This document shows positions 51,121-64,000 of a stretch of DNA of 64,000 nt, piece after piece. The DNA is from Octopus vulgaris (taxonomy: Eukaryota): positions 89,094,001 to 89,158,000 of the forward strand of contig OX597822.1 in assembly GCA_951406725.2 (NCBI GenBank). Direction: 5' to 3'. Each line of letters starts with the position of its first letter. Position 1 is the stretch's first letter. The position numbers and the translations under genes are program-made. The notes beneath the pieces are model-generated. The model saw only the letters and a program-made list of their open reading frames with translations. It searched no databases and was not told the origin of the DNA.

Positions 51121-52099
51121 ATACAAGTTCCACAAATTTCCTTTGTAAGCTCATAGTTTTAGGTTTCATGTCATTGTGTGTTACCTTGAGCAAGGGTTTC
51201 TAACACGGGCTCCTATGATCATTAACACAAACCCCTCTATATCTCTTCTATTTCTCCTATATCTCTCTATCTCTCATATCTACCTTATATCTTATATCTC
51301 CTCCATCTACCTTATCTGATCACTTTATGAGATAAATATTAATTCTTTAATTTATCCTTAATTTATTTTTAAACCTTAACCCAATAAATCCCCTAATATC
51401 TAATCTAACTACCACTCATAAATAATTTAACATTCAACTAGCTCATCCATTCTTGATGACCTATACATCCATAACCCCATTGCTAAAAATAACTCTACAG
51501 CCACTGACCTTAGCCAGAATGGACACAAGTATTTACTTCTAGATTTCCTCCCCAGCACTTATAGACAAGAAGACTACTACCGACACCTACTACTCTCTTT
51601 AAATTCTTTTCATTTTTGCTCTATTTTGTTTATTTTTTTAAGCTATCTTCCTCTACCTCCTCATCCTCTCTCTAATCTTCTCGGCTACCCCTGTACACAA
51701 TATTCTTAGACACCATATGCTTATACACCTTATTTTATCCTAAAGCCAATCCTTAACTTTCTCCCTCACTCTATTTACCTCTCTTTTTATTTATTTACTC
51801 TTTTTCCTCTTACTACTTATTAGCCATCTCCACAACCATTCTGTTATTGAACGTTGATATGTTCACATCTTTTTTTTCTCTAGATGTTTACAATATCAGG
51901 ATATTAACACACATGGATCTTCGTAGAATTGCACCTAAGGACTTATGCACTTTTTTCCACAACATTGGAAAGTTGAACTATGAACTTTTATGCTTCTTTT
52001 TTCTTCTCTCTCTTCATCTCCTTATTCCTTTACTCCCTTCCTCTATGTTGTCATTTCATTAATATATACCATTTTCATTTTCCCTATTTTTCCCGATTT

Positions 52100-52154
52100 G
52101 TCTCTGATGATGGAATATCCCATACTCGGGGTATCCCAGAAACAGCTGTAAGAC
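52100..52154 (+). ncRNA. Type I hammerhead ribozyme, canonical core
   Basis: gtct-CTGATGA-tggaatatccc-atactcg-gggtatccca-GAAAC-agct-GTA-agac. Confidence 0.88.
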
Positions 52155-53075
52155 TTTGAATCCATTATGGCACTTACCTAGCATACCTGTTTAGATCACC
52201 TGTGAACTAAACCCCCATACTTTGTATACATGTATATATATATACATATATATATGTATATATATATATATATGTTACCCTGTAACTATCATGTAACTTC
52301 CACCCTGGGACCATCTGCCCTCTACAAACCCATTGTAGAAGTTCTTGCATAATTTATAAATGCACCGTCCTCAACACGCTAAACAGTTCTACAACCATAT
52401 TATATAGGGTCAACTATAAATTTCAAATAGTGATATGCTCTGCATCTCAGTTCTTTTAGATATGAGTAACACAGTAAATCTACAACACTTTCCAGTCACA
52501 TACATCATCTCAAAAATAGAAATATTCCATACATCTTGTCATGGTCTATAATAGATTCACGGCTTCCACACCAGGGTGAACACTCAGCCTGTAAGTTATG
52601 CCTAAAAGATGCATTCTACATATTAAAACACAACTCTTCAATACTACTAAATAAATATAATGAGGCCCTAGGTACATGCAACCACCGCTTTTTTCATACG
52701 TTCAAATTTTACCACAAATCTAAATGCAACCTAAATAACCATGCAGTACATATCCTGAACACCCCTTAGGCAATCTCCAGTAACCCTACTTTACTTTCCA
52801 TTGTCTCTAGTACTTATAGAATAAGTACTAGGCTTACAAAGAATAAGTCCTGGGGTTGATTTACTCGACTAGAAGGCGGTGCTCCAGCATGGCCACAATC
52901 AAATGACTGAAACAAGTAAAAGAGTAAAAGAGAGAGAGATATATAGATATGTGTATATATGTATACCAGTGCTAATTGCATGAAATATGTAAAAAAAAAA
53001 GACAAGGGGAAAACAAGTGAAATACATAAACAATGAGAAAAAATGGAAAACAGGACAAGTTAACACAGAGAAAAG

Positions 53076-53138
53076 ACCCTTCATCAGTTGTCAGCTGTCT
53101 GTCTACTCCTCATTTCAAGCATTCAACAACAATATGAG
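53076..53138 (-). ncRNA. Candidate permuted/pseudoknotted hammerhead, second copy
   Basis: Minus strand: ctca-TA-ttgttg-ttgaa-tgctt-GAAA-tgag-(15 nt)-tgacaa-CTGATGA-agggt. Confidence 0.55.
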
Positions 53139-53886
53139 TCTTTAATGACAGTTGCTCCCATAAATTCTAAAATAAAATTTAGGATTTATGGAGGCTCAAA
53201 GTTGGGAAAAAGAAAATGACAGTTGAGACATACAATGAAACCGAATGAAAACAAACATGAAGGGTTGTTAGACCAGAACAAGAGGAAAATAGTGAATGCT
53301 GAGAAAAAAATACTTTCTTTTTGAAAAGAAAAAGATAGAAGAGAGAGAGAGAAAAAAACATGACCCTTGTTTAAACATCTATGCCAGAAAAGAAAGATGA
53401 TATATAAATGTATATAGGCGCAGGAGTGGCTGTGTGGTAAGTAGCTTGCTTACCAACCACATGGTTCCGGGTTCACTCCCATTGCGTGGCACCTTGGGCA
53501 AGTGTCTTCTACTATAGCCTTGGGCCGACCAAAGCCTTGTGAGTGGATTTGGTAGACAGAAACTGAAAGAAGCCCGTTGTATATATGTATATATATGTGC
53601 GTCTGTGTTTGTCCCCACAACATCGCTTGACAACCGATGCTGGTGTGTTTATGTTCCCGTAACCTAGAGGTTCGGCAAAAGAGACCGATAGAATAAGTAC
53701 TAGGCTTACAAAGAATAAGTCCTGGGGGTCGATTTCCTCGATTAAAGGCGGTGCTCCAGCATGGCCGCAGTCAAATGATTGAAACAAGTAAAAGAGTATA
53801 TATATGTGCTCTGTTTTTGGCGCAAAACAAAACCAGTTCCACAGTCAGAGTTTAATGTGAGAGTTATGGATTATAACCTGGAAGAC

Positions 53887-53940
53887 CACACTTGACGAAG
53901 CTCAGGGTTTAAATACTCAGAAGCCGAAACCTAGTTTGTG
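53887..53940 (+). ncRNA. Degenerate hammerhead
   Basis: caca-cTTGACGA-agct...agcc-GAAAC-cta-GTT-tgtg. Confidence 0.5.
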
Positions 53941-54413
53941 AATATCCTTAATTGCATAATATTTTTATTTGTGTTGTTAAATGTTTTAATCCTTTCTGTT
54001 TTCCTCACATACTGTTTTTCTCTGTTATCTTGGTGCGGTACGGTGGATAAATTTAAGACTTTAGCTCTTATTTATAGCAGGTGGATGCTTGTTAAGCATC
54101 CTTACGCTTTGTACAAATTTATAATTCATAGCTATTTAATGCTATTGTGCCTGCGATCCACCTATGTCACTGCTGGTGATATCATCAATTTTAAAATTTA
54201 TTCACAAATGATATATATATAGGCGCAGGTGTGGCTGTGTAGTAACAAACTTGGTTCCAAAACACATGGTGCTCAGTTCAGTCCCATTGTGTGGTAACTT
54301 GGCATGTGTCTTCTCTATAGCCTCAGACCAACCAAAGCCTTGTCAGTGGATTTTGTAGACAGAAACTGGAAGAAATCAATTGTATGTACATATGTAAGTC
54401 TATGTGTGTGTGT

Positions 54414-54457
<44 letters not shown>

Positions 54458-54519
54458 GGATTTCGTAGACAGGAATTGAAACAAATCAATCGTATATATA
54501 TATGTAAGTGTATGTGTTT

Positions 54520-54690
54520 TGGTAATGGCATCTTGAATAACATTGGTCAGAGACTATTTGAATTTTGCACATACCATAACCTATGCATCACTAACACATT
54601 CTTTGCCAACAAGACATCCCACAAGGCATTTTGGAGACATCCAAGATCTCACCACTGGCATCAGCTGGATCTCATCATTACACGAAGATC
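54520..54690 (+). mobile_element. RTE APE endonuclease fragment
   Basis: GQRLFEFCTYHNLCITNTFF...WRHPRSHHWHQLDLIITRR. Confidence 0.85.
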
Positions 54691-54723
54691 CTTATATATA
54701 TGTGTAAAAGAGTAAAGAGTATA

Positions 54724-54757
<34 letters not shown>

Positions 54758-55056
54758 CTCTTTACTCTTTTACTTGTTTCAGGCATTTGACTGCGGCCAT
54801 GCTGGAGCACTGCCTTTAGTTGAACAAATCGACCCCAGAACTTATTCTATCGGTCTCTTTTCCCGAACCACTAAGTTACAGGGATGTAAACACACCACCA
54901 TCGGTTGTCAAGCAAGTTGGGGGTGGGGGGACAAACAAACATACACAAACATATACACACACATACATGCATATATACATATATACGATGGGATTCTTTC
55001 AGTTTCTGTCTGCAAAATTCACTCACAAGGCTTTGGTCGGCCCGAGCGTTAGTAGA

Positions 55057-55261
<205 letters not shown>

Positions 55262-55274
55262 TATACAATATATA

Positions 55275-55496
<222 letters not shown>

Positions 55497-55922
55497 TCAT
55501 CATCATCATTTAATGTCTGCTTTCCATGCTAGCATGGGCTGGACGGTTCAACTGGGGTCTGGGGAGCCCGAAGACTGCACCAGGACAGTCAGATCTGGCA
55601 GTGTTTCTACAGCTGGATGCCCTTCCTAACGCCAACCACTCCGAGAGTGTAGTGGGTGATTTTATGTGCCACCGACACAGGTGCCAGACGAGGCTGGCGA
55701 ACGGCCACGCTCGGATGGTGTTTTTTATGTGCCACCAACACAGGTGCCAGATGAGGCTGGCGAACATCCACGATCGGATGGTGTTTGTTACGTGCCCACA
55801 GCACGGAGGCCAGTCGATGCGGTACTGGCTACGGCCACGTTCGGATGGTTTTCTTGTGTGCCACCAGCACTGGCACCACAAAGATACAAATTCCATTGAT
55901 GTTCATCTATTTTGGTTTGTTT

Positions 55923-55980
<58 letters not shown>

Positions 55981-55984
<4 letters not shown>

Positions 55985-56306
55985 AATTGCAGCGTGGGAG
56001 GTGTTTATAAGCCATTTAAGAAACACACAAAAGCCGTTCGATTCACTCCAACATTTAAGTTTAATTTGTCAAAATATTTTCGTCGCTAAAATCCGCGACC
56101 TGTTCACTGACAAAGTCCATGCTGCATCTAAGAAAGTAACAGTACTGTTACTTTCTTAGATGCAGCACGGACTTTGTCAGTGAACAGGTCGCGGATTTTA
56201 GCGACGAAAATATTTTGACAAATTAAACTTAAATGTTGGAGTGAATCGAACGGCTTTTGTGTGTTTCTTAAATGGCTTATAAACACCTCCCACGCTGCAA
56301 TTGTTT
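55981..56306. repeat. 326-bp near-perfect palindrome carrying a hammerhead in each arm
   Basis: Centre agt|act at 56143/56144; one mismatch seen (ccatgc vs gcacgg). Confidence 0.95.
56173..56222 (+). ncRNA. Minimal hammerhead, G3-C8 core variant (mirror copy 56065-56114 on minus)
   Basis: tttgtca-GTGAACA-g-gtcgc-ggatttta-gcgac-GAAA-atat-TT-tgacaaa. Confidence 0.72.
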
Positions 56307-56360
56307 TCGTTTCAGCACACGATCTCAGATCAAATTACTTGCTATGCGAGTACATCTCCG

Positions 56361-57906
<1,546 letters not shown>

Positions 57907-57940
57907 ATATATATATACACATATATATATATATATACAC

Positions 57941-58033
<93 letters not shown>

Positions 58034-58066
58034 CACACACACACACATATACACACACATACACAC

Positions 58067-58181
<115 letters not shown>

Positions 58182-58202
58182 TATATACACACACATACAT
58201 AC

Positions 58203-58303
<101 letters not shown>

Positions 58304-58304
58304 C

Positions 58305-59555
<1,251 letters not shown>

Positions 59556-59568
59556 TATATATATATAC

Positions 59569-59601
<33 letters not shown>

Positions 59602-59608
59602 TATATAC

Positions 59609-59642
<34 letters not shown>

Positions 59643-59679
59643 GTGTATATATGTATGTATATATATATATATATATATG

Positions 59680-59930
59680 CCTGAGAGACTTACATGGTGT
59701 GGATGTGGGTTTCTTTAAAACTAAACTGGATCTCTTCTTGTTGGGAGTCCCAGATGAACCTACCTCACGACAGGAGACACGGATGCGGGCAGCAGCATCG
59801 AACTCCCTTGTTGATCAAGTGCCACGTATCAGAGGTGGATTCACAAACTAGTGTAGCTCATTCAGCGGTGGTGCCCCAGCATGGCCGCGGCCTTCGGGCT
59901 AAAACATTTTTAAGGATTTTTAGGATTTAA

Positions 59931-59932
<2 letters not shown>
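59680..59932 (+). mobile_element. CR1-like LINE 3' end
   Basis: [16 protein letters not shown]...NSL parallels [16 protein letters not shown]...NSL of the 56833 element; (taaggattt)n tail. Confidence 0.8.
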
Positions 59933-59977
<45 letters not shown>

Positions 59978-60516
59978 TATATATATATGTGTGTGTGTGT
60001 GATTATGTATATAAATATACAGAAATATGTACGTAAATACATGTTCACACAAATATAAGTGTATATACGTATACATATACGTCCATGTACTATGTGCATA
60101 AATATAAACATACACATATACTTACACACATACACAGACACACAGATACGAATACATATGCATGCCTACAATGCATGTATTCACATATAGAGACGCATCT
60201 AGATCCCAACATATATATATAAACAACTTTTTAAAAAATTGCTCAGTGTATATAATAATAAAATCGGATAAAAGACATTTGCAAAATGCATAGACTTATC
60301 TATAAATATAACAATTAAAAAGATTTGTAAAATATAATAAAATAATAAAAGTTTAAACTTGAAAATAATATATATAACTGTTGAAGGCTTTCTTAAAGAA
60401 TATATAGGAATATATATATACATATAAATAGACATACATACATATATACATATGCATATGCATGCATATATATATATGTATATATGTTGATATAAATACA
60501 CATATATATGTATGTA

Positions 60517-60570
<54 letters not shown>

Positions 60571-60910
60571 GGCGCATGGCTCAGTGGTTAGAGCGTCGAC
60601 CTTACGATCGTGAGGTTGTGAGCTCGAATCCCGGACCGGGCTGCGTGTTGTGTTCTCGAGCAAGGCACTTTATTTCACGTTGCTCCAGTTCACTCAGCTG
60701 TAGAAATGAGTTGCGACGTCACTGGTGCCAAGCTGTATCGACCTTTGTCTTTCCCTTGGATAACACTGGTGGCGTGGAGAGGGAGGCTGGTATGCATGGG
60801 CGACTGCTGGCCTTCCATTAACAACCTTGCCCGGACTTGTATCTAGGAAGGTAACTTTCTAGGTACAATCCCATGGTCATTCATGACCGAAGGGGGTCTT
60901 TACCCCTTTT
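60571..60910 (+). mobile_element. tRNA-derived CORE-like SINE (partial minus-strand copy at 63815-64000)
   Basis: A box tggctcagtggtt, B-box-like gagctcgaatccc, gagcaaggcacttt core, unique 3' part. Confidence 0.88.
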
Positions 60911-61205
60911 ATATATTCATATATATATATACATATATACATATATATATAACACACACACAAATATATATATATATATATATATGTTTGCCAGCTCTGT
61001 CTGGCACCTGTGCAGGTGGCACGTAAAAAGCACCCACTACACTCACGGAGTGGTTGGCGTTAGGAAGGGCATCCAGCCGTAGAAACACTGCCAAATCTGA
61101 CTGGGCCTGATGAAGCCTTCCGGCTTCACAGACCCCAGTTAAACCGTCCAACCCATGCTAGCATGGAAAACGGATGCTAAATGATGATGATGATGATGAT
61201 GATGA

Positions 61206-61250
<45 letters not shown>

Positions 61251-61357
61251 TATTTATATATACACACACACACATATATATATATATACATACGCACACA
61301 TATATATATATGTATGTAGCTATATAAATATGTATATATATAGGTATGTATATATAT

Positions 61358-61431
<74 letters not shown>

Positions 61432-61540
61432 ATATATAAATGTATATATAGACCCGGTCAAACCATCCAACCCGTGCTAGCGCGGAAAGCGGACGTTAAA
61501 CGATGATGATGATGATGATGATGTATATGTGTGTGTGTGT

Positions 61541-62427
61541 ATAAAATACAGTGTACATTTAAACACATAAAGAGGTATCCATCTTAGGGCTCTCTTATGC
61601 TAGAAGGAACAGTTAAAGTCCAAACCACTAATTAGGGATAGATTCTCAAAAGGAATTAAAAATAATAACATCTACCATCTATTTCCTGGACCATGGTTTC
61701 TGACTTTTTTTTAGCAAAGTTTTCATTCCCTTCGAGAATTTATCCCTAATTAGTGGTTTGGACTTTAGCTGTTCCTTCTAGCATAAGGGAGTCCTATGAT
61801 GGATACCTCTGAATGTGTTTTAATGTACACTGTATTTTATATGAATAATATATGATCTATTGACTAATTTTTCTATACGCTAGGCCACTGATAGTAAAAA
61901 TTTCTAAAATGATATTATTATGTATAATGATTTCTGGGAAATTCGTTCGAAGAAATTGCTGGCATTTTTTTTTTGTTGCTGACAAAAAACTGCACTTGTG
62001 TGATGGATTTGAAAAATTAAAATGTATAATCCAGTGGCACATGCTGGATTGACCTTAGGTTTATATGCTTAATCTTGGCATACCTGTTGATGAAGACTTC
62101 GCCTGGTAAATTATTTTATTTGCTAAAAAAAGTCAGAAACCATGGTCCAAGAAATAGATGGTAAATGTTTTTATTTTTTTCATTCCCTTCGAGAATTTAT
62201 CCCTAATTAGTGGTTTGGACTTTAGCTGTTCCTTCTTGCATAAGGGTGTCCGATGATGAATACCTCTTAATATGTTTAAATGTACACTGTATTTTATATG
62301 AATAATATATAGTCTATTGACTTATTTTTCTATATGCCCAGGCAATTCTTATTCTAGTGGTAACGCTCTCCGATTTCTAAAATCTTTATTACTCTGACAT
62401 TATTAATTATATATGTGTGTGTGTATG

Positions 62428-62478
<51 letters not shown>

Positions 62479-63325
62479 ATCATTATTAATAAATTTTCAA
62501 GGTAGCAAAATATTATTTAGAAATTTTTTTGCTACCAGTGGTCTAGTGTGAAGAAAAAACTAGTCAATAGACTATATATTATTCATATAAATACAGTGTA
62601 CATAACAGGACATCTAACCCGCTAGAAGGAGTAGTTAAAATCCAAACCACTATAAGGGGTAATTTTGAAAAAGAATGAAAAATAAAGACATTTACCATCT
62701 ATTTCTTGTACCATGGTTTCAAGCTGTCTTCAGCAAATAGAATAATTTGCTAGGCACAGCTATTATCAGCAGGAAAGCCAAGATTAACATATAAATACGA
62801 GGCAATACAGAAATGCCTCGTGATTACATTTTATAATTTTTCAAATCCACCGCGCAAATGCAGATTTTTTTATTGGCAGCAAATAGAAAAAATGCCAATT
62901 TCTTCCAGTTTAGTCAAAAAATCCTTATTAATAAATTTCAGGGTAGCAAAAAATTATTTAGAAATTTTTTTGCTACTAGTGGTCTAGCATGAAGAAAAAA
63001 AACTAGTCAATAGACTATATATAAATACAGTGTACATTTAAACACATAAGAGATAGCCATAATAGGCCATAGGTGAAAAATTTTGGAAGAAAATTGGCAT
63101 TTTTTCTATTTGCTGCTGATAAAAAAAAATAAATATGTGCTTGCGCGGTGGATTTAAAAATTATAACATGCAAGCACAAGGCATATTCTGTATTGCCTCG
63201 TATTTATATGTTAATCTTGGCTTTCCTGCTGATGATAGCTGCACCTAGCAAATTATTCTATTTGCAGAAGATAGCTTGAAACCATGGTACAGGAAATAGA
63301 TGGAAAATGGTTTTATTTTACATTC
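61541..63325. mobile_element. Cluster of direct and inverted copies of a hammerhead-bearing pLTR-like repeat
   Basis: Recurrent blocks aatacagtgtacatt, tccaaaccact, gaaaccatggt on both strands. Confidence 0.8.
63222..63296 (+). ncRNA. Type I hammerhead ribozyme (decayed copies at 62083-62151 + and 62702-62776 -)
   Basis: tttcctg-CTGATGA-tagct...gcaaat tattct atttgc...agctt-GAAAC-catg-GTA-caggaaa. Confidence 0.88.
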
Positions 63326-63727
63326 CCTGTCACTCAATAATAAAGTTGACCAAAATATCAATTAATATAAAACCTAATTTACTTAAATGTAATACTACTT
63401 AATAAATATGCCACCTAATTATTAAATAATGTATTTTCTAACAAAATTAATTCTCAAATTAAATTATATAAAGGGAATTAGAGAAAGGATAAGATAGAAA
63501 ACAACACAGATGTGTAATGAAAGATTTCCAGACAATAGACATGAGTTAAAATAATAAAATAAGAATGGTAATAAACGAGTGAAGAAAAAAAATATATATT
63601 GCATGTTTATTTGCCAAAAAAATGAAAATATGACCATCCGAATACAACAATATCTGTTTCAACACAGGATTTCACATCAGGAATCTTGCAAAACGAATTG
63701 ATATGTGTGTGTGTGTATCTCTATCTC

Positions 63728-63770
<43 letters not shown>

Positions 63771-63776
63771 GTCCGT

Positions 63777-63817
<41 letters not shown>

Positions 63818-64000
63818 AGTGAGGAAACCCCTTTCAGTCATGAATGACCATGGGATTGCACCTAGAAAGTTACCCCACCAGGCACAAGTCCGGGCAAGGT
63901 TATTTGTGGAAGGCTTGCAGTCGCCCATGCATACCAACCTCCCCTCTCCACACCACTGATGTTAACCAAGGGAAAGGCAAAGGCCGATACAGCTCAGTAC

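Noticed and set aside
55660-55870. Regularly spaced short repeats resembling a CRISPR array
   Set aside because: Whole units are similar, so there are no unique spacers. It is part of a retroelement UTR in eukaryotic DNA with no cas genes.
60571-60642. tRNA-like sequence
   Set aside because: The acceptor stem does not close and it runs into a SINE body that is repeated at 63815-64000, so it is a SINE head.

Overview
AT-rich, microsatellite-rich animal genomic DNA; the SINE/RTE/Penelope repeat content looks like a cephalopod (Octopus-like) genome, which is my inference. Host genes, both on the + strand: the last two coding exons of a V-ATPase 116-kDa subunit a (609-1773), and a complete 7-exon, 624-aa FEN1/XPG-type PIN-domain gene of the Asteroid/FAM120B-like family (21651-45327). 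The rest is mobile DNA: RTE, R4/Dong-like and CR1-like LINE relics, tRNA-derived SINEs, Tc1, mariner, hAT, Merlin and piggyBac relics, and a Penelope-like element with an uninterrupted 780-aa RT+GIY-YIG ORF. The most unusual content is about a dozen hammerhead-ribozyme motifs in Penelope/retrozyme-like repeats. They include G3-C8 and U3-A8 core variants and two sequence-unrelated copies of a hammerhead whose strands occur in a non-type-I/II/III, pseudoknotted order (37570-37635 and 53076-53138). A strongly A-depleted tract (17281-17460) looks like an A-to-G hyper-edited retrocopy. All RNA folds were paired by eye and none has been tested.
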